Program-made: the position numbers and the translations under genes
Assembly: GCF_022539665.2 (NCBI RefSeq)
Contig: NC_081333.1
Coordinates: forward strand, 4,154,001-4,218,000
Length of the DNA stretch: 64,000 nt
Source: Daphnia carinata
Lineage: Eukaryota
Reading direction: 5' to 3'
Part shown: piece after piece, positions 37,587-52,200 of the stretch
How positions within the stretch are numbered: the first letter of the stretch is position 1
Layout of the letters: each line of letters starts with the position of its first letter
The notes under the pieces: model-generated
Told to the model about the DNA's origin: nothing
Databases searched by the model: none
What the model saw: only the letters and a program-made list of their open reading frames with translations

Positions 37587-40500
37587 ATAAGCAATATTCC
37601 GCCCGACGCTCCCGTAACCCAGATCATCTTCCTCAAGCTGGATCTTGAGGCGTTGAAAAAGACCTACATCCGATGTAATTCGTACATCGTATACCTTCTC
37701 TGTGTTATCACTGCATGTCCCACTTTTGTGAATCGTTCTTTCTCAATGATTGGCGCCCCAGTTGGTGCTTTTCATACAATAAAAAAACTATCTTTAAGTT
37801 CATCAACATCTTTGTTAGTCGAAAAATTTCTTTTCGAGAACATGAGGTCACAACCGATGATGTAGCGAATCACGCAATAAGATCACTGCTCTCATGGTGG
37901 TCAACACGTTTGTTGTTGAGACACCGAGTCAGATTACAACAATCAACTGTCTGTGGCCAGACGAGTCTCAAATATCAAATGCGAGCTAACTTAATGTTGA
38001 TTGAAAAACATGGATAAACTGAGCCTCGTCTGTGCGATCCAAGGAATTCCAGAAAAAAAGAACAGCTCCCATTTCGCCGCGTTAAAAACTATGCAATTGA
38101 TTGTGGAACGCGATTAAATCGATTTAATTTATGTTAAAATGAAAAGAAAAACTCGTTAAATGAAAAGAGAAACTTGACATTTGATATTCAGTATTTTTGA
38201 AGCCATTTTTCTTTAGCCGCAAGTGGGTTGCCAGTAGGTCACGACTCGATGGATTCCAGTTTTTGCCGCGTAAGGCAAATGTCGTTTCGATTTTAAACGC
38301 GATTTCCCTGTTTGGATGTAACGCCACGTAAAGATCGTTACATCTAACAGCCACATGCGTCTCTCGCTATCTCTGTTCATTCAAACCATGAAATGTAAAA
38401 ATTATGTGCTACCTTTTACAGCCCAATTTTGGGGGAGCCTCGATTCAATCCCGATATAAAAACGTACGTCCCAGCGCAGAGATATTTCCACGAGTAGACT
38501 ACCATTTTTAGTAGCGTCGCATTGACATTTAAATTTTCCCTGTTCAAAGGAAGAAATAGCGGTAGGATGTTTTGAATAGTTAATCTTCACGATGACGCGT
38601 TCGTCATCCAAGCCACACGTCCGGAACGGATCGATCGGATGGAAACTTGCGCATCTTTAAAGGCAAGATTTGCACGAACGATTCCAGCCAAAATGGAGAA
38701 TCAAATGGCAGAGTTCAAACCTTAAAACTTGCTAATCAATTGGTGTTTAACATAAACAGAATTTATCAGGGGAAGGAATCAGGCAGCTGGATGACTTGTC
38801 CTGAATTAACTGATTCCGTTATCATCATCCATTATCGAAATAGAATTCAACGTGTAACCGAAAGGTAATTTATAAATGTCACCTGAAATTGTTTACTCAT
38901 CGAGGACGAGTCAGAGCGTCACATACACTTATTTTATACCTGCTACGGTTGAGTAACAACCTTATCTTTTTAGTGATCCATCACTGAATTCTCATTTTAA
39001 CTTTTAACTAAAAAAAACTTGCTGGATCGTAAAGATATAATTCCAACGAACGGCAATAGATGGCCTCCAAATGGAATCGAAGAAACGAAACAAAAAAAAG
39101 GAAACGAATAAATTTAATGCATTTCTAGCGATCTCCTCTTGGTTCGTGACATAACCAGAAAGGAAAACGAAAATCGTTACTAAGCAAAAGCAAACCATAT
39201 ACCGGTCTCACAGAAAGTTGATTGACCCGTCTCTCTTCTTTCCTCAGCGTTATCGATTTTTTTCACTCCCCTTCAGTTCTATATGTACTTATTAGCTTTG
39301 ATACGTATATCCGCTTTTATAGCCACGAAAAATATAATCGGTCCGGGGCTATACCAATCTCGTTTTTTTCTTTTTCCTTTTTACACACACACACACACAC
39401 AGAACCTACACCGCAGCATAAAGCGTTTGATCTCACACAGCATATTTTACGTTGGATATATGTAGAAGCTATATGTATATGTATAGATATACACAAAATA
39501 TTGCCATATTTTATATTGACTGGCTGGCTGGCTTGCGTGCAGATACAATCACGTCCACACGTTTTTGTTTCTTATTTTTTCGTTCACCCACATGTTTTTT
39601 GTTTCTTTAACGACACATCTGTTTTTATTCTGAGATATTCCAAATTCTCATGTAAATGAATTGCCCATTTCGCCGAGAAAGGGAAAGCCTTCGAAAAACA
39701 AAAGCTATCAGCGTGCGCATCATCAATAGTTAACCTGAAATGTCTTGATTAGTAGAGCGTGCATGGCTGTTCGAAACTTTCAAAACGGAATTCAATTTCG
39801 AAACACAATATAGACGTCGCTTAATCACGATTTTTTCATCGGGCCGAGAGGGCTCTCTCTTATATGCGCGTTCCTTTATAAGGGAGGAAAGGATTGCTTG
39901 CCCGCGCACCTCGTTTATTATTAATTCGAAAGTTTATTCGTCCACCAACCCAAACGTGGCAGGACGCGGCGTTCGACGATCAAAGATGGATGCATTACAC
40001 TTTGTAATATAAAAAAAAAAGGGGGAAAGTGGTTGGGGAAGGCGACATGTAGCCACTTAAACTACTCCAAACAAAAAGAAAACAAAACGAACAGTCATGA
40101 CATGCGTCCAGGATAAATCCATTCGCACTCACGGTGAACTCGTTTTCAGTGGCTCTATATAGATGGCGGCTTCTATGTGTCTTTTCACGCTGGCAGCCAA
40201 TAATCGATAAGCTTTTCCTTTTTGTTTTTCTGTGTAATAAAGTAATTGTGGAAGGAGCACAACCCGTCTTTTTTTTTTGCGAGTGTCTTTCCGTCTTATT
40301 TTCGCTAGAGAGGTTTCTTTTCCTGCCTTCGATATCAAACAAAGCGATCACGCGGGATGAGTGTGTCTGACGAAGCATGCGTGTTTTTGCTATCAAATAA
40401 TAACGCCCACCATATCCGAGAACCGTATACACACACCAAATCCCGTGCGGTTGAACTCATTCTCTTTTATTGATAACACACAAGTGACGTCATCTTTGAC

Positions 40501-41263
40501 GCAGGCGCGTGATGGATGAGCACTCGGATTTATTACACCTCATAATTATACGTATACAATTTGATTTAAAACAAAAACAAAATCCCTTGTTAAAGAATAC
40601 AAAATGTTTCATCTCCCTCCCACCCGTATTTTTCTTGTTACGTTTCTGAAAGGGAAAGAGGAACGCAACAACCCGTAACTAAATCTCCCTGTTAGATTTT
40701 GAGATTAAGACAAAGTGTGTGTGCGGGGGGGGGGGGACCTTCATGTATACACACATAGCTGTTAAAGTGCTACGGGCATTTAATAGATACGGGATAAGAT
40801 TAGAAAGATGGTACATATATCTATGCGAGATTGATGCCGGCGTGCGCGCGGGTCTGTAGCAAAACACACAGCACACGCACGGCGTGTAAGTCCCGACTAT
40901 ATAGATGACAGGACGTGCTGCACGAAGCAACAGATGTTTGCCCGTTCGTCCTTTGCATGGGTTGGGTTCACCAGCCTCCCATTCAAGTGCTCCGATAGCC
41001 TCTTGTGTTGTCTTGCCTTCTATGTTTTTTCTTATACACTTTGACACGTTTTACAGTCAAATAGGATTCCCCTTTTTCTATTTGTTTACCTTACGTGGCG
41101 TGAACGGTTCTTATTTTTAACATGTTGCTGTTGCTGAACGCGGGGAATATATAGGCTCCCGGAACCTCATCGTTTTCTGCCTGACATCGTAGTATGTCAT
41201 CAAACAACATCGAGATTTGACTTGGTAAAACGCACCATCACGTCACCTGTGCCATATTTTCGC

Positions 41264-41268
<5 letters not shown>

Positions 41269-41299
<31 letters not shown>
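41269..41299. repeat. (TC)n microsatellite
   Basis: About 15 TC units immediately after a GTAAG donor-like motif upstream of the Rab-effector gene. Confidence 0.9.
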
Positions 41300-41302
<3 letters not shown>

Positions 41303-41867
41303 CACTTGGATTTTTTTTCTCTTACGCTACTCTGATGTTGATTGAGTGTCTGCGGGCTTTGCTGGTCTCGATTCAATCCTTTCGTTTAGAATAACAAATG
41401 AACGTATAAAGATAAATTTCAATGCAAACAATTTTTTTTCTTCTGTGTATAAAACGCCAAGAATTGGAATGGATGCCGCTATTTAAAAAAAATTCCCTGT
41501 TGTTGCCTTCACCAAACTCGTGATAAGCAAAAACATTTCTGGCAAATATCCGGTTCAAAGTTAACCAATAACGAAGATAAATCCGTCGGCTGTAACACAT
41601 TTCACGTTAGTAAATAAATATCCTATTTCTTTTTCTTTTTCCAATTGAACGCGTGTGGCATTTTCCTCCTCCTCGCTGTCTAGCTTCTTTTTGCCATATA
41701 ACCCCCGACGTCAAATGGTTGACATTTTTGTAGCACGAAATTACTTTGCTTGCTTCACCGTAAAAATAATTGGGTTGTGACAGCGGCACGACAAATCAGT
41801 GTTGGACAGCCAGGAACGCTTAGTTGTTATATAGGCCAATATATACAGCACAAAAAGAAAGAAAAAG

Positions 41868-41894
41868 AACAACAACAACAACAACAACAACAAC
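41868..41894. repeat. (AAC)n trinucleotide microsatellite
   Basis: About 9 AAC units; they produce the spurious polyQ/polyL ORFs in the track. Confidence 0.9.
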
Positions 41895-42270
41895 AGGGAG
41901 GCAACGCGCTTTTTCCGAAAGATATTTTTAGGATTGGGGAGAAAAACAAAAACAAAAAAAGACACGAGAAAAATCGTGTTACCTAAATGCCATTCTCTTT
42001 ATTCTTTGGAAAAAAAAAACGGAGAGAAGAATATAACGTCAGCGTATTTGTTATTATGCACGTAATTCGCACATGTATCAGAATCTTTATTGCATACGCT
42101 CTTAATGAACTCCTTTTCTTTTTCGAATGTTTATTTGTTCACGGCAGGAGGTATTAAAAGAAAAAGATTGCACTTAGGCACAAACGCAGCTCTCTCCCGC
42201 TGTCGTTTCCCAAGTGCTGCCCCACTGGCCAGCCGAAATAGTCGAAAATAATCAAAGGGAAATTCGAAGA

Positions 42271-44217
42271 ATGGAAGATGATGGCAATGCTGGCGATGCG
42301 TGGGTTCCACCTAACGACCGCCAATTAGCGTTGAGAGCCAAGTAAGACGACCTCCCTGCCTACGGTGCATTTAATCAAAATGCTTGATTTTCAAGGGCTT
42401 TTACAGTGTTCCGTATTTATTTTTGCGTGGTTCGTCATCCAGATTACATTACGGATGGTCGTCGTCTGCTAAATCGAAACGGATCGATACTAACGCCAGC
42501 AAATGGTCACAGCCGACGGGCGCAAGCGAACCGCTGACCCGCGAGGAACAAGAGAAAGTCGTTCAAGTGATCCGGCGTGCCGAGGAGGTTAGCGGCAACG
42601 AGCAGCTCAGAGTTAGGTAAAATTGTCTTGGGCTAAGAGTTCAGCCAACCAAATGTAATTGCATGATAAACAATTGCGCGTGCTCGCTCTTTCTTTCCCC
42701 CTAAATTCGCAGTAAACTTGTTGATCGAGTGCGAAACATTCAGAAAAATGCTGTCGGAAGCGACGGCACCAATCAGTGCGGTAATTTGCCCTCAAGCATT
42801 TTCACCTGAATGGCTTCATTTTATATGTGTTTTTCTATTATTCCATTTAGTTCTCTGTGGCGATTACGCAAGTGTCTTCCTCTCCTGGTCGTTGACATCA
42901 GCTCGTCACGTCACTTGCAAGGACTGTCTCAAGGTAATCTTGACTTCATTTCACATCGCTGCCGGTTGTTAAGACATTCGCGAAAGGGGCGCCACTGCAC
43001 TCTGCAAAGTTAGCTGCCGTCAATTAGTCGAATGATCGGAACTTTAGCTTGCGTAATGTTGAATGAATAATGAGCTTCTTGTGACTCAGTTTCAGCCACC
43101 ATTTAGCCATTGATCGAATTGCGTGCAAGCACTTGACCAGCGTCCGTCGGCCACCAGTTCAAAATATTTGCACGCAATAACACGAGGGCAACAACAAAAA
43201 AAAGGGGGCCATGTTTGGGACCTTGAGTCGCTATTTTAGCGCAGTCTTTTTTTTTAAAAAAAAAGAACAAAGTTTGTTTAGCCACTTATATGGCTCATTC
43301 CAATTCCGCGGCACGTCCCTTGTTTATTTTTGTTTTATTTTTTTTTTTTTTTGGCCGTCGTTCTCCTACGTATAAAGTCTGCCTCTGATGTGTGTGTGTC
43401 TAATATCACTTTATTCCGGAAATGGAGAGAGAGAGATACAAAATGAAACGGCACCCCGCTGTTCGTACGATGACTTTATCGATTTTGTTTTGTTTTTTTC
43501 AAGCTCTTTCCTCACCATTGGTCGGCGTGGATTAGATAAATTTGTGCGTGTGGTATACAATGTAGCTTCGATAATGTTGGCAGGGGCTACATTAGGGGGG
43601 ATGTTCATTTTTGAAAGCGTAGAAACTTTTCTCGGCCCAACTTCCATTAATCGATGATTGCGTCCGTAGACGTCATATCGCAGTTGATATTTTTTTTTTT
43701 TTCCGGGAAATCGAGTGCTGGTTGTTATTGATCCAACTCCCACCCCCCATGCCTACTGTCAACCTCCGTGTACAGTTTAAGCTTCTAAACAAAAAAAAAC
43801 AAAAAACAATTGTGTTCGCGACGTAGAAAACTCTTTTGATTAGCGATCTGACAATGAATTTTTCGGCTTTGTTCTACGCAAGTGCAGTTTATTTATTAGG
43901 GCGGGAGTATATAGCGATATGAAAAAGGCTCTTACCGTGGTAGATGAATAAAAGATGAGGCAACGATAGCAAACAATTTCCTGGGGTTTCCCCTTTTTTT
44001 TATTTCTATTTCTACGATTGTCGTTCTTTTTTTTTTTTTTTTTGAAAATAAATGAATACATAATGTCGTGTGTGACACATTTGCGCAGTCGGTGTGCCAA
44101 AAGTGCTCGGTGGATACATCCGTTCATCCGCGGGAGCCGACTTATCTCTGCAAGTTGTGCTCGGAGCGGCGCGAAACCTGGAAGAAATCCGGCGCCTGGT
44201 TCTACAAAATCACTTGA
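42271..44217 (+). CDS. Rabphilin/Noc2-family Rab effector consisting only of the Rab-binding (SHD/FYVE-related zinc-finger) domain, 174 aa
   Basis: Exons 42271-42341 (WVPPNDRQLALRAK), 42443-42616 (LHYGWS..LTREEQEKVVQVIRRAE), 42713-42780 (KLVDRVRNIQKNAVGSDGTNQC), 42851-42933 (VLCG..CKDCLK), 44089-44217 (VCQKC..LCKLCSERRETWKKSGAWFYKIT*). Phases are consistent. Four CxxC pairs and the SGAWF motif are diagnostic of rabphilin-3A/RPH3AL. Confidence 0.88.
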
Positions 44218-47200
44218 TCTTTTTCAGTTCTATAGAGCTTCATTTGTTCGATGTTATGTCAGAAAAAAAAAAAAAAGCCATCGTCCATGTCAATGTATAC
44301 GTGCCCTATCGCCGAAGAGCTACTAAAGCTTATTTTCTAACTGAATTCTAAGAGGCTTCTTATGGACTTATACGAAGAGGTTTAAAAACAAAAAAAAAAC
44401 ATGTTTTTCTTAAATCCTCTGGCTTGCGGACAGTTTTGAACCAAAAAAAAAATCTATGGTGTGGAATAAAATTCTAAAATGATGTTGTTGTTGCAAAATA
44501 ACATGCGCTGTTGTTTGCTGTGCTATCTAATTTATCAAAGAAAAATTTAGAAAACTATCGATTTTCCATGTCCGGCGTAAGCATGAGTGCTGTGTATTTA
44601 AATACATAAAAAAAAAGCGTATATATTATTAAAAAAAATAAATAAACGTGAAATCAATGTGATTGAAAATGCAGTGTCTATTGTGTATAAAGATGGGAGC
44701 GCGATCTATAGCTATGGCGCTGTAAATAGTTCTTTTCGACACATGGAACGGGGCAACGGCGATGATGATCACGCTTCGTGATATCATCTGATGGTTGGAA
44801 GACGTATAGCCGGAGCTCAATCACGTTTCGTATCATCGGACACACGTTTTTTCTCTCTCTCTCTCTCTCGACCCTATCTGTGTCTGTACACATGTTATCC
44901 CTGTGTAGAAAGAAGACGGTGGTGGTATGGTGTATTTTTTAATATGGAATGAATAATGAAGCAGTCGGTCATCGTTGGCCGTCTGTCCGTCCAAGATTAC
45001 AATCTTCTTCACGCAACGCGGATAGAAAGGAGCGGGGTGATTCATGAATATATACACCGAAGAGATAGATGATTGCGGGGGATAATCCAACAGCAGCACA
45101 TCACCCCTAAAGAATTAACGTAGAGGCAATAAAACACGCGAGTGGATTGTGTTACACGGTGTGAAAAATAAAACAAAGCTGAACATGTACATACACGTCG
45201 ATCATTAAATATTAAAAAAAGCGTCTCTAGTTAATTCATGTAAAAATGATTACCGTTGTTATTAGTCGTAAAGAGAGAGAAATTTAAACAAATCATATCG
45301 TGCAACGTTTGAGGCGTGTCTACTGTAAAGGGGCAGCACGTGCGGGATTTATTATTTTCAAAAAGGCATAGTCTAAACAGAAGACAAATAAATTCTTTTG
45401 GGTTGCCGGAGGTATTTTCAGTGTCTGTCTAGTTTCCTGTTGGAAGACGGGCATCGTATAGATATTGTGTATATAAAAGAATGTCCACAAAAAGAACTGG
45501 TACTATGCAGGCAAAAAAGAAAAAATGAAAGAAGAGAACAGACGCCATCAGCTGCATATGTCCCTATTTCTTTTTGTCTTTTGTCGACACACAAAAGAGA
45601 CGCCAACGAGGCAATCCGACAAAAAGCAAAAAAAAAGGAACCAAGAGCGAAATACAAGGATTTTTTTCTTTTCCCCAACAGAAATAGGGAAGGATCTATT
45701 CCATGTCAAATATAATTCTCCAGTTGAACCTCCACTGGAGTTTTTTTTTTTTTAAAAAAGGGGATTAAATATTTACATGGATGGCAAAACAGAAAGAAAA
45801 AGAAAAAAGGAAACATGTTTCCATCTATTCCGTGTTTTGGATGCATAAGGAAAAAAATGGTTGATTTTCTTCATATTCAAAATCGGTCGATACAAAATAC
45901 ATTTTTTTTTTTTGCGCTGATGTTTTTAAAAGGTCTTCCCTTTCGTGTACACCCGCATCTACACTTTGTTTTTAATCCTTGTGCTGACAAAGGGGGACGC
46001 GAAAGACAAGGATTTATTGGCCCCCCAAAAAAAGGGATCCAAGCGCTTGATGATCTTTTGTTAGTTCTATTTGCACGTGTCCGTAAGTGCACCAGCAAAT
46101 ATGTACCCGCACATGACCATCATCCCAGCTCCTTCAATTCTTTCTAATAAATCCACAACTGTTATGTGCAGAATTCAAACCTAATCCACCTTTTTAAATA
46201 AAAGAGAGACTTACATTTTACGACGTCCTACTATCGAGTTTCTTTAATATTTTTTTTTTTATATCTTTGCAAGGAAACTCGAAACACGACAGTTTCCAAT
46301 CCGAACTCCCCTCCTTTTTTTCCTCGTCATTTCGTGCTGTGCCAAATCGTACCGATCGATAGTCTATAACAGCGAGTTACAAAGGTAGAGAAGAAAGTCT
46401 ACGCCTTTCGTCATGGAAACAAAGGCAACAACGTTATAAGAAGAGCATCAGTTCCCATCCAATTATTGCACATTCGATGATGTCGTGCATTCGGATATAG
46501 TACATAGAATTTGCGCACTAGCGAAAGCCAAAACACAAACGGATGTTAGGAAAGACGACAGAAAGAGACGCACTTTAATGCGAGCCTACCGAAAATAGAA
46601 TTCCACTGGCCAATAGCGAAGTCTTTAAAGTGAACAGCTGCAAGTCCCACGTTCTTTTCAAGCCGAAAAGAAAAAAAAGGCAAACAAAAGAAAAAAAATA
46701 ATTGGCTCGTAGGAACTAGAAATTATACACAGCAGAAAACGTGCGTAAATGCGTCTTTTGTACTGGCGCCTGCCGCTGAAATCCGTTTAGCCGAGGAGTC
46801 GTTTTCTTTTTTTTATTTTAACATTTCGCAATTGGAAATTTAAAAAAGAAAAAGGCGGAATTATAAAAGCTACTATATAGAGGTTATATCTAAAGGACTT
46901 TGTTCGTTCGCAATGGTGTACATTTCGCGTCCGTTGCGATGAAACTGCGGGACTGCAGAGGTTTTGCAACACACGAGCATATTTCATTGGGGTCTCTCTT
47001 TTAGAGCATAAAACATTAGTAATTAGTATATATAGTTGCTCTGGGTAAAAATACATTTCTTTGTGTTGTCTCATACGCCTTCCTTATTTCTTATACTCTC
47101 TCTGAAAAATGATGATGATGACGGGCTTCTTCCCTTCATCGTTCACTCGTTCGTGATATGACATTATAACCTCAATCAGAAGCCGGAGGCGGGCAAGATC

Positions 47201-48019
47201 CTCGTATTTTTTTTTTTTTTTTTTTTTTTTGTTCTTCCTTCATTGTGTGCCAAACAGAGAGGAGATGCTGTTTGCCTTTGCTGGAACAAAAAGGAGCTAA
47301 AAGGGAATAAGGGAAATTCCTTCCATAATTTATATAGGCGCACACACGTGTATAAACACACGGGATATCACGCTAACTACCAATTAAACACATGCGGTAG
47401 TAATCGGTTAGAAAGATCTCTTTAAAGTTTAAGATTTTTCAGGGTTTTTTTTTCGTGATTTTGAAAACGGGCCAAGCTTAAAGAAAAAGTTTGTTCGTAC
47501 GGGCGCGAGGCTTTTAAAATGCACAACTTTAAAGAGCAGATGGTTCCCGTTGCTGCGAGAGGCAGTTGACAACACTTGTTTTTCTCATTTCCGAGAAAAG
47601 ATGGAACGAAACAATTGGTGGAAAAGGGAAGCGAACACGAAAAAGGCGAGAAAAAATGGTGCAACGTTTTTCAACGAACATCTAATTTCATTTGTAATAC
47701 ACGAGGACCGGTCCGCTCCTTTCTCGTTTGCTGCATAATAAATGACGAGGTATAGGAGGCGGGACACGCCCGTGACACATCAAGGATGCGCCCATCAGCC
47801 TCTGGAGCACGTGGGAAAGAAAGGCGAAATAGATCTCTCTCTCTGTGTCTCCGTGTTACGAGCATCATTAAAGAAGAAATCAATACCTTCCAGTTTTCGG
47901 GGAACTATAACCCAACCCAACAGCAGTAAAACTTTATTTTTTACATTTAAAACAAATGAACTTTTACGCTGAAAGTGTCCCTCGGTAGTTAAAACGGAAA
48001 CTTTCACCCAACCAAAGGC

Positions 48020-48044
48020 GAGAGAGAGAGAGAGAGAGAGAGAG
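48020..48044. repeat. (GA)n microsatellite
   Basis: Dinucleotide run read directly. Confidence 0.85.
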
Positions 48045-49282
48045 CGATAAAACTTCAAAAGAGTTCTTGTTACATATAAGCTACTTGTCCCTTCCTGAAC
48101 GAGAACTATTATTATACGATTTCAAATGATTGCGTAAAAAAAAAAAAGTTGTGTGACACGTTGAAAAAAAAAAATGAAAGAAAACTTTGCATTCCGTCAC
48201 GGATAATCATTGGGATAAATGTTCTTTATTTCATGAATGTATGTGGGATTGATTGACTGTTGATTTTTCTTTTTTTTAAGTTGCTGGAATAGAAGAATGT
48301 GTGTTTCCTTTGAAGACAGAAACAGAAAAGAAAAAAAAAGGGGGGAAGAAGAAGAGTTGACGAGAGAGACAAGCGGAGCCCCGCTGACGCCACACAGCAG
48401 TCGTCGTCGGGCACGGCCGCCGCCACCGCCGACACTTCCCTGAAAACACGTCGAAACATAAATAAGAGAAAACGTGTCCTCTAAAACTTTCATTACACAC
48501 ATTTCTAGGTCTTGTTGTTTTTTTTTCCCGTCTCTTTCCCTTTTATTTTGTTTTATTTCGCTCTTCAGTATGTTCCACATACTGCGAGTCAGCTCGGCCG
48601 AATCGATTCTTTTCATGATTTTTTCCGACGCTAGATGTCAGCGCGCCAAGGTTATGAATAAAAAAGAAGGAGAGGCATCTGATTGTTGGCTTTCCTTCCA
48701 TTCACCGCTATCAACTGTTAAGGCGCTGTGATCGTACACTGACTAGACTCCTTTACATTCATTGTCCGTGTGTGTTCTAGCTCTGTGTGTGTTACTCCCC
48801 CCCACTGACAGTCTGTAGTCTGAGAACTCGAGAGAGAGAGTGGCTGCATCGGACTATTCTCTCACCCTCCACCCTCCTTTTTCAAGCACAAGAAGGCCGA
48901 ATATTGTTGTGTGGCTTCTGTGTGTGTGTCGGAATATCCAGGTGTTCCCAGTTCGCTTCGTAAGATTTCAAGGAAAACCTATTCTACTTCAGTAACCACA
49001 TCAAAACGAGCAACAACGGCGACGACACAGAGGATTACAAAGTGTTTGGGGTCGAATTAAGAAACTGCATAGCTGGACGTTTCAACGATATTTGGTGTTG
49101 TTTAAACTCCCACCACCCCCACTCCTAGAGCAAGTTTGGGCCTGTGTGTGTGTGTAAGGGACTCGCCTTCATCGATCGGGGTGAATGTCAAACCCTGTGC
49201 ACCAAGGAACTCGGATCATTTCGGTTTCACTCTGTGGCCTCTGTGCCAATATGTAAAAAAGTGGGATTCCATCTCACCCGTC

Positions 49283-52200
49283 ATGAAGGTGTTGTGGTTG
49301 GTGCTGTTCTTCGCTCTGCTCTTTGGTGAGGAACTTTCCTCTTTTCAGTACTGTTTCTTCGGTTGACTGAATCATGTGGTTCTCTTTGTTTCTTTTCAAA
49401 ACTTGAATTACTGTATAACGAGCTTTTGTTTGTTTTGCATTCAGGTGCCGGTGGGGCTCTCGACCTCCATCTGGAAGGAGCAGATGCTGGATTCTTCTTC
49501 CAGCAGAGCCTGGGCTCGTCCCAGCAGCCTCTGCTGAAATTCCCTACACATTCCTACTCATCTAATGCCTCTGCTGTTGACCCCCCGCCCTTGCTGAGAG
49601 AGAGGCTGGCCGTTCTTGGACCTTCTGCTCAGCCAGGCAGGATCTTGGTCACCTATGGCCCATTTGAAGTGAAACAAAGCCTACCAACCAAGTACCTCAC
49701 CTTGTCATTGGAGAATGCAACTGAAAGTGGTGCTGAACAGGCCACCTTGATGGACATAACAGCCCATGTGGTCAACTCTGAATTGAGAAGGGAGAGTCCT
49801 GTTCTGAGAGTCTTGTTCCACAGTGGCAGGCACTTTCATTCTCCTGGGCAAACCGTTGAGGAAGATCCAGACAGGACTGCTGGACCTATAGCACCTGAAG
49901 AATGGGAAGACGAACCTAATGGCCGACTGATGGAAACTTGCATCGCTTTGCGGGTCCACAATCCCACCGGTGGTACCTCATTGATGGGCACATGTGTTCC
50001 ACAGGGACTGGATGGCGTCTGTCTTGCTTATCTAACGCTACCGTTCGACTGGTGGGCATCTTCTCCCATCTCACCTACTTTTCCATCTCTCAATGCTGGC
50101 ATTTTGGGTCTTCAACAACATCCGACAGTCACGGCCAAGCCAAGCAAAGCCGTCCGTAATGTGGTCGAGTTAAGTTACGCTGTTTACGAAACTAAAGCCG
50201 GACAGTGCGGATATTCCGATCCATCATCGTCCTACAGCATTCGTGCTGGCCATCAAAAATCTCAACAGCAATCAAGAGCTTCTTCTTCTTCGTCAACAGC
50301 CAGCAGTTTCCCACCGCCGTCCGCTGTTTTGATCCAGCCGTACAGGCCCATCAATTCGATTCGTTTGTTGCCCAACGTCTACGCTCCTCGCGATCTCCTC
50401 GTCCACGAAGAGGCCGTCTCTCTCTCGCCGACGCTCCGGTTCATCGCCTCGGCCGCACCGCTCTATCCCCATTCGTACTTTTACGTCACGGTCCTGCTGG
50501 ACTCGACCACGGCCAAAGACGAACCCTACGCCGTCATTGTCAGGTATGTGTCCCTTCTTCCTTTTTCGTGGGCCCACTCTCTCTCGCTCCCCTTCACTAT
50601 TTCTTTTGTTGTCGAGAAATATCTGAACGCGACAGATGTTATTGTTGTTGTTGTTGTTTCGCCGCTTGATGGTCGTAGCAGCAATGGCTGCCCCAAACGA
50701 CTCTCTCTCTTTTGGAAAGGGGGGGGGGGGAGATTGGAAAAACGAGTGCCCAGTAATGGTCATGAAGGAGGAAAAAAAAACGACCTCATTCATTTTTGAA
50801 CCTTGCCCAGTTTTGGTCAATTGCCTAGGGCTGATTTATAACTCTTCATAAAGAGGGAAAAAAATATATACCGGCCAAAGTTGTTTGCCGGCACTGAAGA
50901 AAGAGAGAGAGAAAGCCGGTCTTTTTTATTTTCTTGATTAACATCTCAAGTCAACTACCATTGGGAATCAGGCCGGCGGCGAAAATTCTCGTTCTCGTCC
51001 ATCACATGGACACCCAATAAAAAAAAAGATGTCGTCAACTTAAACGGAAATAAATTTTTTTTGTATCCAAATTTCTTGCCGAAATCAAACCAAGGGAGTA
51101 GGGGAAAAAAAGGGGGACCCTTGTTATTGTGTTTGCTGACACAGGTGGTTTCCTTATGGGATCGTAAAACGCGTCTTGAAGAATTTGTTGAGTTGCCTTT
51201 CCGTTGATGGATATAGCGACAAGGGCATTCTAAAGAATGAAATAAGTAATCATTTTCAATGCTCTTTTAGTTGTAACCTTAGAGGCGTTTCAGAGTTTCC
51301 CCCCACAAAGTTCCCCCCACCACGATCAAACACAGGCATCTCTTTTTTCCTAATCTCATCGTTCAGTTCTCCGGTTTCACACACGCATTCTCCCCCCCCC
51401 CCCCCCCACGTCCCTCTGTCATGATCTTTTCAATCCCGAATTCTTTCTTAAATTAATTATCTTTTTTTTTGTTGTATGTGACAGGGCTAAAGTTAAGAAT
51501 GGTCTTAAAATCATCTCGACACAGACGACGAATCCAGCTTGGTCACTCAATTTCGATGTCAATGGCAAACACATTGCAGCTGCTGTCTCGGCCGTCCGTA
51601 ACTTCTCCGTCTCGACTCAACCTCATCAGCCGAGGTTCGTCATTTGTTCACACACGTTGTTTGTTTCTTGTTGCGGTTTTTCGACCTTTGTATGGCTTTT
51701 TCTTTTCAATGGTTTCCGGTTGAGTTTGTTTTTCTTTCTTCTCTTTTTCCGCAGCCAGGAATTGTTTACATGGCTTCTGGCCGTCAACGTGGACCACCAT
51801 CGGGACAGCTCTGAACTTGGCGACGGCGTTCGTGCTCTTTGGAGTTGGACCATCAGGAGCCACTCGACTTCACCTCCTCCGGCTCATCACCACCACGCCG
51901 GCAACAAAGACGGTCTCGACGAAGTCAAAGGCAAACTGACTAGCCGCTTTGAAGTGCTGAAAGATGAAGTCCAGTCCGTCTTCCCCATCATCAAGGTGAT
52001 GATTCTTTTATTGGCAAACAACAACTTAAAACAAAAATTAGACAGAAGCCCCTTTTTGTTAAATCAATCATTTAATCGATAGCGTCGCGATTTGGTCAAC
52101 ACGGCGATTTTGACGTCGCGCCAGGTCGCCGAGCCTCTGCGCGTTTTCATGGTGACGCAGGCCGGCAAAGTCGCCGATGTGACCCTGCAGGCGAGCTGCT

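Noticed and set aside
49363..50799. 478-aa ORF as an independent gene
   Set aside because: It is TMEM132 exon 2 (49445-50543) extended into flanking introns.
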